A stretch of DNA of 64,000 bases from Candidatus Hydrogenedentota bacterium (GCA_045863335.1 BTVY01000002.1:160562-224561), one strand, 5' to 3'. Positions 19,562 through 29,279 are shown, counted from the first letter of the stretch. The notes: generated by a model not told the origin, from the sequence alone. Translations and numbers: made by a program.

Positions 19562-20911
19562 TCAGACCGTTTCCGGGATGATCCAGGGGTCGCGGTAGTT
19601 GGCGCGGAGGAGTTTGTTGGCGTCGTCGTTGCCGATGAAGACCTCTTTCTCGCCGTCCCATTGCAGTTTTTGATTGCCAACTCGGTTGGAGATGTTGGCG
19701 AGATGGCATAGGTTCATGGAGTAATGGCCGTCGGCGACGTCGGCGTTGGGTGTCTTGCGGTCGCGCACGCAGCTGAAGAAGTCGTCGAAGTGCAGGTCGA
19801 TGATGCTCCCCCATTTGTACTCGGAGAGTTCCGACGCCACGGGACTGGACGTGCGCGTGCTCGGGTCGCCTTCGTAGACTTCCCAGCCGCCGCCGTGCCG
19901 GCCGAAGTACATGATGCCCTGCGTGCCGCAGATTTCGATCTTGGTGGCGCTGAACTGCCAGTCCGGGAACTTGCTCTTGTCGGGCAAGTGCACGATGCGG
20001 TGGTTGTACGGACACCAGAACGCGCCCTCCATCATCATCGTTACTTCACCGAATTCGAAGGTGGAGAACTGGGTGTCGGGTTGTTCGCGCCCGTCGTCGA
20101 AGCGATAGACGCCTCCGGCGCTGTACACGGCGTTCGGCGCCTTCTTGCCGATGAGCAGGCGGGCCAGGTCGACCTGATGGATCAGGTCCCCGGTCAGCGC
20201 GCCGTTATAGAAATCCCAATACATCTGGAACCAGAGCCCCGGCCGATAGGGCATCATGGGTGACGGTCCGCACCAGAGGTCGTAGTCCAGTCCTTCGGGC
20301 ACGGGCTGCTCGGGCGGCACATCGTAGGGGCCGCCGTCCTGCATCAGGTAAACGCGGGCGAGCATGACATCGCCGAGTTTGCCGCTCTGAATGTAGTCCA
20401 TGGCGGAGGCGACATAGGGGGCGCTGCGGGTCTGCATGCCCACCTGCACGATGCGCTCGTACTTGCGCGAAGCGGCGATCATCTGCTGGCCGTCCCAGAC
20501 GCTCATGGATTGAGGCTTTTCGACGTAGACGTCTTTCCCGGCCTGACAGGCCATGATCGTGGCTAGGGCGTGCCACCGATCGGAGGTCGCGCAGATTATG
20601 GCGTCCACTTCAGGATCGTCGAGCATGGTCCGAAAGTCCTGGACGAATTCGGGCTTGTAGTCATGGCCTTCCATGACAATCTCGGTGCCGGCTCCGGCGC
20701 AACGCGTGTCGCAATCGCAGATATACTTGATGTGACAGTCGGACCGCTTGACCAGGCTCGCCAGCAACGCGCGACCGCGTCCGCCGATACCCATGACGCC
20801 AATCACCACGCGGTCTGCAGCCGCCGCGCCTTTTCCGGACTGAAGCGTCGCCAGTGTCGCCGCGGCACCCAGGGACCCCATCAGAAAGCTTCGCCGTTTC
20901 ATGTCGCTCAT
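19562..20911 (-). CDS. Tat-exported Gfo/Idh/MocA oxidoreductase
   Basis: KRRSFL, GIGGRG, DRWHA, KDVYVEKP, QVGMQTRS. Confidence 0.92.
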   Translation of the reverse strand: MSDMKRRSFLMGSLGAAATLATLQSGKGAAAADRVVIGVMGIGGRGRALLASLVKRSDCHIKYICDCDTRCAGAGTEIVMEGHDYKPEFVQDFRTMLDDPEVDAIICATSDRWHALATIMACQAGKDVYVEKPQSMSVWDGQQMIAASRKYERIVQVGMQTRSAPYVASAMDYIQSGKLGDVMLARVYLMQDGGPYDVPPEQPVPEGLDYDLWCGPSPMMPYRPGLWFQMYWDFYNGALTGDLIHQVDLARLLIGKKAPNAVYSAGGVYRFDDGREQPDTQFSTFEFGEVTMMMEGAFWCPYNHRIVHLPDKSKFPDWQFSATKIEICGTQGIMYFGRHGGGWEVYEGDPSTRTSSPVASELSEYKWGSIIDLHFDDFFSCVRDRKTPNADVADGHYSMNLCHLANISNRVGNQKLQWDGEKEVFIGNDDANKLLRANYRDPWIIPETV

Positions 20912-20943
20912 CGTGTATCCCCTCGTGGTTCGGTCTTCCCTCG

Positions 20944-22077
20944 TCACCCGTCAATATGGGGCGCCAGCACCCCGCGGAATCCCATAATCGAACTTTCTTT
21001 CAGCGGCAATATGGTCGCTCCGGTGACCCCGTCGACGCCTTCCGGGACATCCAGCCAGGACCCGCCACGCACCACGCGATAGCCGTCGAGTCCGGCGTGA
21101 TGGGATGTGGTGTACCAGTCCAGGGTCCATTCGTTGACGTTGCCGGCCATGTCGTAGACTCCGTAGGGACTGCTGAACGCCGCGAAACTGGCGACGGGCG
21201 CGGTACCGGCGTAGCCATCCGCGTCGGAGTCGTAGTTACAACGGAACGTACCGTCGGCATCGGGTGCCTCGTCGCCCCAGGGGTAACGCCGTTCCGGATT
21301 AGGGTTCGGCACCTGCTTCGACGCGTCGCCGTCCAGGTAGAGTCCTCCACGGTACGCCTTCTCCCACTCGGACTCCGTGGGCAGACGAAGCCCGCACCAA
21401 CGGAGAAAACCGGTCGCGTCATACCAGGACACGTAGGTCACGGGATAATTCTCGCGGCCCGGCGCGATGGTATAGCGGCCGTCTTCTCCGCGGAGAATGC
21501 CGCAGCGCTCGGCGTTCTCCATCTTCGGGTTGTACCCGACCAGGCCGGGAGCGTTCTCGTTCAGGTAGTCGACATACATGGCGACGGTCGTTTCGTGCCG
21601 GGCGATGTAGTAGGTCGGGAGGTTCGACTGCGGTTGGTGCCGTCCGGACTCGTCGCGCCCGATGCCCGGCAGGCTTTTCAGTGTGAACTCGCCCCCAGGT
21701 ACGCGCACCATGGGAATTGCGCGAATGCTGAACTCAACCGTTTCCAGATTCTCGAAATCGTTTTCCTGCGTGCCCCACCAGATCACCTTCTTCGCGCCCG
21801 GATCGGTGACGATGCCCGCGCCGTTGCCGCTCAATTCCGTGGTAGGCAACAGGTACCAAGGGCCGTCCGGGTTCTTGCGGTAACGGATGAAAACGTAGGC
21901 GGGACATTCCTCCGAGATACTGTCGACGGCGAGGCTGAATTCGACAATGACCTTGGAGCCGGCCAGTTCGGTGACCTCGCTCCACGCGTTGACATCGGTA
22001 ATTGGAAGCCAATTCGCAAAGCCGAAAGGAATCAGTGTAAAACCGCAAACAATCAACAACAGCCACTTCCGAATCAT
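20944..22077 (-). CDS. FGE-sulfatase (SUMF1-like) domain protein, lacking FGE catalytic cysteines
   Basis: RLPTESEWEKA, YPWG, YDMAGNVNEW, RGGSW, GFR; signal peptide from MIRKW. Confidence 0.88.
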   Translation of the reverse strand: MIRKWLLLIVCGFTLIPFGFANWLPITDVNAWSEVTELAGSKVIVEFSLAVDSISEECPAYVFIRYRKNPDGPWYLLPTTELSGNGAGIVTDPGAKKVIWWGTQENDFENLETVEFSIRAIPMVRVPGGEFTLKSLPGIGRDESGRHQPQSNLPTYYIARHETTVAMYVDYLNENAPGLVGYNPKMENAERCGILRGEDGRYTIAPGRENYPVTYVSWYDATGFLRWCGLRLPTESEWEKAYRGGLYLDGDASKQVPNPNPERRYPWGDEAPDADGTFRCNYDSDADGYAGTAPVASFAAFSSPYGVYDMAGNVNEWTLDWYTTSHHAGLDGYRVVRGGSWLDVPEGVDGVTGATILPLKESSIMGFRGVLAPHIDG

Positions 22078-22276
22078 CGAGCGTGCTCCACTATTCATTC
22101 GAGGGGATTCGCCTTTGAAACCTGCATTCAATATGATGGAATCGCTGCACCGAACGCAATCCCCGTGTCCCGAGTGCTCGGCCGTTGCCAAATGGGTTCG
22201 TATTCGGTACTGTCGGGTGCGTTCCGGGATCATGGGCCGCGGAACGGACCTGAACGAAATAGAAGGAACTTGACGC

Positions 22277-23797
22277 ATGACCTTACGGTACATTTCGGTC
22301 TGCCTCGCATGGATCGCGAGCATGGTGATTGCAATTGGTCCGGCAAGTGCGGGCACGCTTCAGGCCGGCGTGGCGAAGAGCGACATCTCGACGGACGCGG
22401 AAGGCGTGCGGATCAACGATCCCGTGTACGCGAAGGCGCTGGTGCTGGACGATGGCGCGACGCAGTTGGCAATCGTGGCCATGGACGTGACGGCCATCGG
22501 CGGGATCGGGGAAATCGGAGACGACTTCCTGCCGAAACTGCGGGCACGGATCGAAGGCGAACTCGGCATTCCGGGCGACCACGTGCTCGTCAACGCGTCG
22601 CACAATCATCCGCCCCTCGATTTCATCTGCGAACCCGAAGAGCAGGTGGCGCGCACCTTCGATGCGGTACGGCGGGCGCACGAAAGCATGGTGCCGGTGA
22701 AGGCCGGAGCGGGCGCGGGACATGAAGACCGCATTTCTATGAACCGGACACTTCAACTGAAGGACGGACGAGCTTGGACCATTCGCCATAGCAACCCCTG
22801 TCCTCCCGACGACGAGGTCGTCGGCGTGGGCATCATGGACCCGGAAATTGGCGTGCTGCGTATCGATCGGATGGACGGGACGCCGCTGGCAGTGGTCTAC
22901 AACTTTGCGTGCCATCCCTACATCACCGTGCCGCGCGGCGGCGTGACGGCGGATTTCCCCGGCTTTGCATCGACGGTAATCGAAGAGAACCTTGAAGGGG
23001 CGATGGCGCTGTTCCTGCAAGGCGCGGGCGGCGACATCACGTCGATTCTGTATAAAGACCCGCACCGGCCGCGCGATTCGCAGCCGCTTGGCATGATGCT
23101 CGGGCTGAGCACGCTGAAGGCGGTACGCGGAATCGAAACGAAAGACGCGACGCTCCAAGTCGTCGCGGAAACGCTCGACCTGCCGCGGAAAGCGGATTTC
23201 GACGAACGCATTGCGGAACTGGAAGCGGAGCAGTCGGACCTGCTCCGCGGACTGCGCGGCACGAGCCTGAACTTCCGCATGTTCCTGCCGCTGTACCTTC
23301 AGTACGAACTGAATCCCGAGCATCCCTCCTACTACTCGTACCGCTATCTCCAATCCGAGATGCTCGGCACCGACGAGTTATCCGAATTGGATGCGTGGAA
23401 CCGCGGCCACATCGACAAGTACCTGCGCAACATCGAGTCCATGGAAAAGCTCGCGCGCATCCAGGACAAGATTGCGACGCTGGAACGGCACCAGAAGATC
23501 AACGCCGACTCCGGCGAGCCAACCGTCGCGACGGAGGTCATGGGCGTGAAGATCGGGGACTTCGTGCTGGTCACGTCCCCTGCGGAGGTGCTGGTCGAAG
23601 TCGGGTTGAACGTGAAGAACGCGTCGCCCTTCGAACACACCTACATGGCCGCCTACACCAACGGCTACATCCACTACGGCCCGCCCGCGCATGAGTATCC
23701 CGAAGGCGGCTACGAAGTCACCGAATGTCTCCTCGCCCCGGAGTGGCAGGCGCTCTACGAAACGAAGGCGCAGGAAGTGATTGGCCGGATGGAGTAA
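22277..23797 (+). CDS. Neutral/alkaline ceramidase-like secreted hydrolase
   Basis: DPVYAKALVL, NASHNH, NFACHP, FLQGAGGD, AYTNG...GGYE. Confidence 0.75.
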   Translation: MTLRYISVCLAWIASMVIAIGPASAGTLQAGVAKSDISTDAEGVRINDPVYAKALVLDDGATQLAIVAMDVTAIGGIGEIGDDFLPKLRARIEGELGIPGDHVLVNASHNHPPLDFICEPEEQVARTFDAVRRAHESMVPVKAGAGAGHEDRISMNRTLQLKDGRAWTIRHSNPCPPDDEVVGVGIMDPEIGVLRIDRMDGTPLAVVYNFACHPYITVPRGGVTADFPGFASTVIEENLEGAMALFLQGAGGDITSILYKDPHRPRDSQPLGMMLGLSTLKAVRGIETKDATLQVVAETLDLPRKADFDERIAELEAEQSDLLRGLRGTSLNFRMFLPLYLQYELNPEHPSYYSYRYLQSEMLGTDELSELDAWNRGHIDKYLRNIESMEKLARIQDKIATLERHQKINADSGEPTVATEVMGVKIGDFVLVTSPAEVLVEVGLNVKNASPFEHTYMAAYTNGYIHYGPPAHEYPEGGYEVTECLLAPEWQALYETKAQEVIGRME

Positions 23798-23828
23798 GTC
23801 CCTGCTTGTCCTGAAGCAATTCTCTGGA

Positions 23829-24362
23829 TTACCGCGACTCGTGCGCCTTGACGAAGGCCTCGATCTCCCCGCCGGACTGAAGCGCGATGTTGGCAGGCAC
23901 CTTGAGTTCTGCGAGGTCGATGCCACGGCCCAGGTAGACGTCGACGGTCGCGAGGCAGCGGTGTCCTTCGAACAGATCGGAGTCGGTACGTCCCTCGTAG
24001 TGTTCCGCGATGTGCAACGTCCAATCGGCATTGACGGCGCGCTGGGTGCCGTCGTGGCGATTCATGTCGATGGGCCGTGGTCCCGGGTGGAGCACCACGG
24101 TTAACCGAGTATCAGTAAGTTCGGCATACCGGGCCAGAAATCCGTTTAGAGCATCCGTGTCCCCCGCGTAATGGGCCCAGGTATCGGCAAAACCAACTGT
24201 GCCCGCGAACCGGGCTCCATGGTTGATCAGATCCGCCGTTCTCGAGGGCCAACCGCCGCCCACAGGCATCGGGCCAGCGCCATAGAACTCTTGGAGCGCG
24301 ACTCCGGGAAGGGCGCACAAGGTCAACGCTCCCATTAGGATTACCGGTTTCCGTATTTGCAT
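23829..24362 (-). CDS. Secreted hypothetical protein
   Basis: RBS GGAGGAG, signal peptide MQIRKPVILMGALTLCALPGVA. Confidence 0.65.
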   Translation of the reverse strand: MQIRKPVILMGALTLCALPGVALQEFYGAGPMPVGGGWPSRTADLINHGARFAGTVGFADTWAHYAGDTDALNGFLARYAELTDTRLTVVLHPGPRPIDMNRHDGTQRAVNADWTLHIAEHYEGRTDSDLFEGHRCLATVDVYLGRGIDLAELKVPANIALQSGGEIEAFVKAHESR

Positions 24363-24701
24363 TTTCTCTCCTCCAATGGACTTCTGGCTGAACGGATCGT
24401 GTCCTGACAATGGTAATACGCTCTGCGGTTGTCGAAGTTCATCCCTCGGTTCGGAACTCCGGAGGTTGTCGCTCCCGAATGCAGCAGGCTGGAAGTCTGT
24501 GCCAAATCGGGTAGCAGACCATCCATGATTGCCTTCACAGCCGAACATATGGGGGGGCTGAAACCGTGGTGCTTTGCGCTTATCCGCGGAACCGTTGCGA
24601 TGACCGGTCCCCGTGGTTCAATATGAATCGGGTGCCGGTTCGTTTTGCGGACAGGCGACGCAAGGGCTTTTGAAGGTGGACACGTTAATCTGGAGGTAAT
24701 C

Positions 24702-25022
24702 ATGCCTACGAGCAAATCGCCCATGGCGAAGTATTGGTTTGGCAAGAAGGCGCCGGAGCATGCGGACGCGTGGTTCACGTTCTACAAGTCGGTAAAATCC
24801 GAGGGAACGCTGGACACAAAGACAAAGGAGCTGATATCCGTCGCGGCGGGGCTACTGTTGCGGTGCGAGCATTGCGTCGAGGCGCACACGAAGGACGCTA
24901 TTCGCGCCGGGGCGACCAAGGAAGAGGTCGCGGAAGCGTGCATGGTCGCGTCGCAAATCGCGTCGGCATCGCAGCTGTTCTTCATGTCGGAGAAGATGGA
25001 CGAGTTGCTGGCGGACGAGTAA
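24702..25022 (+). CDS. Carboxymuconolactone decarboxylase/AhpD-like protein
   Basis: LDTKTKELISVA...CEHCVEAH...GATKEEVAEA; RBS GGAGG. Confidence 0.9.
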   Translation: MPTSKSPMAKYWFGKKAPEHADAWFTFYKSVKSEGTLDTKTKELISVAAGLLLRCEHCVEAHTKDAIRAGATKEEVAEACMVASQIASASQLFFMSEKMDELLADE

Positions 25023-25061
25023 GCATCTAAAGCTGCGTTTCTACTGGCCGCACGAAACAGA

Positions 25062-25100
25062 CCAAGGGTCGCGAGGCTATCTGAGCCACGCGACCCTTGG
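25062..25100. terminator. Hairpin between convergent genes
   Basis: CCAAGGGTCGCG...CGCGACCCTTGG inverted repeat. Confidence 0.7.
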
Positions 25101-25129
25101 ATTCTCACGAATTATTCGCAGCTACCGAG

Positions 25130-25444
25130 TTACCAGGAGCGGCCGCCGCGGCCACCGCCGCCGCCGCCATATCCGCCACCGCTACGGCCGCCGCCGCCTT
25201 CCGTCTTCGGGCGGGCTTCGTTCACCTTGATCGAGCGGCCTCCGAGATCCTTGCCGTCCAGGCCGGCGATGGCCGCCTGGGCCTCGGCCTTATCCGGCAT
25301 CTCGACGAAACCAAACCCCTTGGACTGATTCGTGTACTTGTCGACGATGGTCCGCGCGGTGTCGACCTTGCCATAGGCTTCAAAGGCCGCCTTCAGCTCG
25401 TCTTCGGTGGTTTGATACGACAGATTGCCTACATAGATGTTCAT
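25130..25444 (-). CDS. RRM RNA-binding protein with Gly-rich tail (Rbp family), copy 1
   Basis: RNP2 IYVGNL, RNP1 KGFGFVEM, VNEARP, Gly/Arg tail. Confidence 0.95.
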   Translation of the reverse strand: MNIYVGNLSYQTTEDELKAAFEAYGKVDTARTIVDKYTNQSKGFGFVEMPDKAEAQAAIAGLDGKDLGGRSIKVNEARPKTEGGGGRSGGGYGGGGGGRGGRSW

Positions 25445-25645
25445 TCACGTCTTCCTTTTTTGCAGTTGCACTGCACCTACGGGGAAAGCGTTCGAGACCT
25501 CGGGGCGAGCGAATGGGACCAAGTGAAAGGCGAGAAGCGATACAGAAGCGTCTAGCGGAGTCATTGGTAGCAGCGTCATCCAGATGCCAGGAACAGCGGG
25601 TTCGCGCCACGCCACATGCGCGGCAACCCATCTTCCCTTTGTCGA
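25445..25645 (-). ncRNA. Putative structured 5' leader RNA, copy 1
   Basis: Homologous to 26105-26303 with compensatory stem changes. Confidence 0.55.
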
Positions 25646-25651
25646 AGTCCT

Positions 25652-25680
25652 TTTATAGCATAGGTTGAGGCAGATAGCAA
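25652..25680 (-). promoter_or_regulatory. sigma70 promoter TTGCTA-17-TATAAA (extended TGn -10)
   Basis: Hexamers identical in both rbp copies while the spacer has diverged. Confidence 0.8.
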
Positions 25681-25739
25681 GGTCTATTTTGTAGCGGGAT
25701 ACCGCGCGGGGGGCCGCACCCAGAACCGGGGAATGAGAA

Positions 25740-25776
25740 TGGGGCCGTACGACGCGTTTGCATCGTACGGCCCCAA
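25740..25776 (-). terminator. Hairpin downstream of rbp copy 2
   Basis: TGGGGCCGTACGA...TCGTACGGCCCCA. Confidence 0.7.
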
Positions 25777-25807
25777 TGGATCTTCTAGTCAGCGAAGACT
25801 GCGCGGT

Positions 25808-26104
25808 TTACCAGGAGCGACCGCCGCCGCCGTAACCGCCACCGCTACGGCCGCCGCCTTCGGTCTTTGGACGCGCCTCGTTCACCTTCAGGCTGCGACC
25901 GCCCAAGTCCTTGCCGTCCAAGCCGCTAATGGCCGCCTGGGCCTCGGCCTTGTCCGGCATTTCCACGAAACCAAAGCCCTTGGACTGGTTCGTGTACTTG
26001 TCGACGATGGTGCGCGCCGTGTCGACTTTTCCGTAGGCCTCAAACGCTTGTTTGAGGTCGTTTTCGGTGGTTTCGTACGCCAGATTGCCTACATAGATAT
26101 TCAT
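25808..26104 (-). CDS. RRM RNA-binding protein with Gly-rich tail (Rbp family), copy 2
   Basis: RNP2 and RNP1 motifs; near-identical to copy 1. Confidence 0.95.
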   Translation of the reverse strand: MNIYVGNLAYETTENDLKQAFEAYGKVDTARTIVDKYTNQSKGFGFVEMPDKAEAQAAISGLDGKDLGGRSLKVNEARPKTEGGGRSGGGYGGGGRSW

Positions 26105-26303
26105 TCACTGGTTCCTTTTGCAGCACCGCTGCGATTGTAAGGAGATAGTTCGCGACGTCGGGGGAAACGAAAGGACCAAGTGAGGAGCTGGAAGCGGTAC
26201 ATCAAGCATCTAGCGGATTCATTGGCAGCATCGTCATCCAAAAGCCAGGAACACTGGGCGCCAGTCACGCCACATGCGTGACAACCCATCTTCCCCTTCA
26301 GGG
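26105..26303 (-). ncRNA. Putative structured 5' leader RNA, copy 2
   Basis: Homologous to 25445-25645 with compensatory stem changes. Confidence 0.55.
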
Positions 26304-26309
26304 ATCTGA

Positions 26310-26338
26310 TTTATAGCACATGCTCATCACGATAGCAA
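26310..26338 (-). promoter_or_regulatory. sigma70 promoter TTGCTA-17-TATAAA (extended TGn -10)
   Basis: -35 at 26333-26338, -10 at 26310-26315. Confidence 0.8.
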
Positions 26339-26457
26339 GGTAAATTTTTTAGTGGGATATCTCGCGGAAGGCGCTTTCGGTCTTCCTCGTGCCGCGCCCG
26401 CCGAGCGCGGCACTAGGCGCGCAATGAAGCCTTCCTCCCCGGGGGGCGTTGACGACG

Positions 26458-27297
26458 TTAGATTTGACGTTCGCTATGCTTGTTCTTCCGGTACTTTTTG
26501 TCTTCCTCTTTGTGGCGGCGAAACGACCACTTGTCGAAACCCTTTTCATCACGCAGAATCTCGTCGGGGATGTCGGAGGCAGGATCGGGCTGCCTAGCAA
26601 GTTGATTTCCGAGGTACATGGAGATCTCCTGGAAAGCCCCTGCGGGATCCTTCACTTTCTGAAAGTCATCGGCTTTCAAGAACGGATTCAGAGTAAGGCG
26701 AATGCGATCAGACCGGTTCCCCTTGTTGAGGGCGATGTACTCAAGTTTGAACGCCGGAATACCTAGGTCGATGAATAACGGATCGAATCTTCGATTCAAT
26801 ACTTCACTGGATGCGGTTAGCCAAGTACCGTGGGTCAGCGGGTCGGACTGCCAGTACATACCGCGTCTTGCATCCACTTTTCGTTCCAGTGCGGCCTTCA
26901 GGACTTTTTCGTTCGTGCCGCATCGTTTCAAATAGCTGCTCGTAAGTCCTGTTGCTATATCCTCCGTAGAATGAAATGTCTTCCCGGCAATTTCAATGGC
27001 GGGATAGATGAATCCGCAGAAGCCGATGAGCTTCACTGAGAGTGGTATTTGCAGATTCTCGGTTCGCCAACGACCAATGCGAGTTGAGACCGCATGAGGA
27101 AACCGCTTGATCGATTCGACCAATGGAGCAAGCGTCTTGTCCAGACCACGAGGCAAGTGCGACCTGCGTTCGCCCAACATTGAAAAGCGGGTCTCATATT
27201 CGAAGACTTCGGTCTTGCGCACATACGTCAGGGCCGGATCCATGCCGTAACCCTGTGCAGAGTCATAGTAATCTTTGAACTCGGAAATGATTCTCAT
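26458..27297 (-). CDS. Hypothetical protein
   Basis: 279-aa ORF MRIISEFKDYYD...AFQEISMYLGN...KGFDKWSFR; looks lower in GC than its neighbours. Confidence 0.8.
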   Translation of the reverse strand: MRIISEFKDYYDSAQGYGMDPALTYVRKTEVFEYETRFSMLGERRSHLPRGLDKTLAPLVESIKRFPHAVSTRIGRWRTENLQIPLSVKLIGFCGFIYPAIEIAGKTFHSTEDIATGLTSSYLKRCGTNEKVLKAALERKVDARRGMYWQSDPLTHGTWLTASSEVLNRRFDPLFIDLGIPAFKLEYIALNKGNRSDRIRLTLNPFLKADDFQKVKDPAGAFQEISMYLGNQLARQPDPASDIPDEILRDEKGFDKWSFRRHKEEDKKYRKNKHSERQI

Positions 27298-27369
27298 TTG
27301 CTCGTACCGTCGATGGATTCCCTACAGGCGCAGAATATGCGCACTTCAGATAAAGGTCCATCGCCCGAG

Positions 27370-28536
27370 TTACTCGTAGAACTGCTCCACATCGTAGATC
27401 CGCAGCGTAATCTCCGAATCCCGTTTCCATTCGGTGTTGCGGGAGTAGTAGGCGATGAGGGCTTCGTTGCCGAGGAAGGTGCAGGAGGGGTAGGCGGCGT
27501 CGTAGTTTTTGCGGTTGTCGATGTCGTGGTAGTGGGTCCAGGTCCGGCATTCGTCTCTAGAAATCGCGGCAGTCAACGGCGTGCGGGGCCAGTTGGATTT
27601 TGACGCGACATTATTCCAGAGGACGAGGATATCACCGGTGGACGGGATGCGCTTGAGCAGGGCCGGCGATTCGGGGGATGCGAGGGTCGTGGGCGCGGGA
27701 GTCGTCCAATGTTCGCCGCCGTCCTCGGAGATGCTGTAGTACTGGCATTGATTCGTGTTGCGGAGCAGGCAGTAGAGCCGCCCATCGTTCAACTCGACGA
27801 TGGTGGGTTCGTGGCAACCTCTCCCCTTCGCCGTCATGCTGTCGCGGCTGCGCTTCCACGACTTGAACCCATCGTCTGAGTAAAACACGAAGGAATGAAG
27901 ATTTCCGCCTTCGTACGGAGCCCCGCCGATGTACTTCTCCGCGTAAGGACCGTGGGCCGGGAGAATGACGCGGCCCGTGCTGTGCCGGAGGGCGCGGTCT
28001 GCGTTGTTGCAGTACCAGCCGGGTTCGGAGATCTGAAACTGTTCGCCCCAGGTCTCGCCGTTATCGAGGGAGCGGCGCATGTAGACGTTGCGGTTCTCGT
28101 TGGAGCCCCACCCAACATAGGAGAACAGAATCTCCTGGTCCGATAGCCGAACGAGGTTGGGATGTTTGACGTTGTGTTTCCACTCATTCGCCTGCATCAC
28201 GCGATGGCCGCCCCAGGTGCGCCCGCGATCGGTGGATACCATGGACGCAATCTGGCAGGCGACTTCATCTGTCGCGCCGGAGCTGCCGATGGTCGCGTTG
28301 GAATCGGCGTTCTCGTCGTAGTACTCGCACCAGACCAGCAGGAGCCGCTCGTCGTCGAGGGGGAAGATGAGCTGATGGTCGTGCCGCGGATGCGGAGGCG
28401 CCCAGGGGCATGCGATCGCGTCGTGGACCGGTTCGAGTCGCGGACTTCGATCGCTGGCGTTCGCGGCAGAAACGAGCGGCGCCAAACCAGCGACGGCCGC
28501 TGTATCGCGCAGAAAGCGGCGGCGAGATAGATTCAC
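27370..28536 (-). CDS. Tat-exported sialidase-family (BNR/Asp-box) protein
   Basis: SRRRFL; Asp-boxes STDRGRTW, SLDNGETW, SDDGFKSW, SEDGGEHW, SRDECRTW; AAYP. Confidence 0.9.
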   Translation of the reverse strand: MNLSRRRFLRDTAAVAGLAPLVSAANASDRSPRLEPVHDAIACPWAPPHPRHDHQLIFPLDDERLLLVWCEYYDENADSNATIGSSGATDEVACQIASMVSTDRGRTWGGHRVMQANEWKHNVKHPNLVRLSDQEILFSYVGWGSNENRNVYMRRSLDNGETWGEQFQISEPGWYCNNADRALRHSTGRVILPAHGPYAEKYIGGAPYEGGNLHSFVFYSDDGFKSWKRSRDSMTAKGRGCHEPTIVELNDGRLYCLLRNTNQCQYYSISEDGGEHWTTPAPTTLASPESPALLKRIPSTGDILVLWNNVASKSNWPRTPLTAAISRDECRTWTHYHDIDNRKNYDAAYPSCTFLGNEALIAYYSRNTEWKRDSEITLRIYDVEQFYE

Positions 28537-28764
28537 GCGAGGCTCCTCCCCAGTTTCAATGTCCACCCACGGTGAGTCACCGTATCACAGAGGAGCTTGG
28601 ACTCTTCAAGGTATCTCACTCGTGGCCGGGTGGACCATACCTATCGTTAGGTTTACAGAACTTGAATCGCATGAGTAACTTAGAATGAATAAATTGCGAG
28701 CGTCAATTGTCTACTATAAGATAAACGCCGGGTGACGAATCGATATCGGGGCAAGGAGTTTAGA

Positions 28765-28965
28765 ATGAGCCGCTGCTGCAAGGTCTGTCAGAGAAATGAC
28801 TTAAATGCTATCTGGACGGAAGTCACGATTGCGCCGGGAGGGGCCGGAGATCAGGTCCATAGTTACTGCCCCGAGTGCGCGAGCCGGTATCTGGACACCT
28901 TGGATATGTACGGCATGACATTGGATCTCCTGAAGGGGATTCGTACGGAGCATGCCGCCGCCTGA
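28765..28965 (+). CDS. Small putative zinc-binding protein (66 aa)
   Basis: RBS AAGGAG; CKVC...HSYCPEC. Confidence 0.65.
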   Translation: MSRCCKVCQRNDLNAIWTEVTIAPGGAGDQVHSYCPECASRYLDTLDMYGMTLDLLKGIRTEHAAA

Positions 28966-29279
28966 TCCTTTCGTCAGGTAGCGTTAATTCCTCCCCGCCC
29001 TAGGCCCCTCAACCTCGATGCGCATCTTTCCCGCGACTCGGTCAATAATGTAGAACGGCCTAGATAATTAGTTGACACACTACTTACAAAAACCTCACCA
29101 CAAATTGCGCTCTTTATCCCGCACAAACGACTTATCTGGGTTAAATATCAGGAAAAACTCGATTAGTTTATTTGTTGGAACCCAAACATACCAGATACGC
29201 ATTTTAGATTTAAGATACTGTTATACAATAATTTAAACAATAATAGCAGACCAAACCCTGAACATTTAACTCTGATTAA

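Noticed and set aside
20854-22725. 623-aa plus-strand ORF
   Set aside because: Overlaps three well-supported genes and has no recognisable domain
22277-23797. Functional link between the ceramidase-like gene and the SPT-like cluster
   Set aside because: 16 kb apart, and such ceramidase-like proteins are commonly found among sugar-catabolic genes; no evidence of linkage
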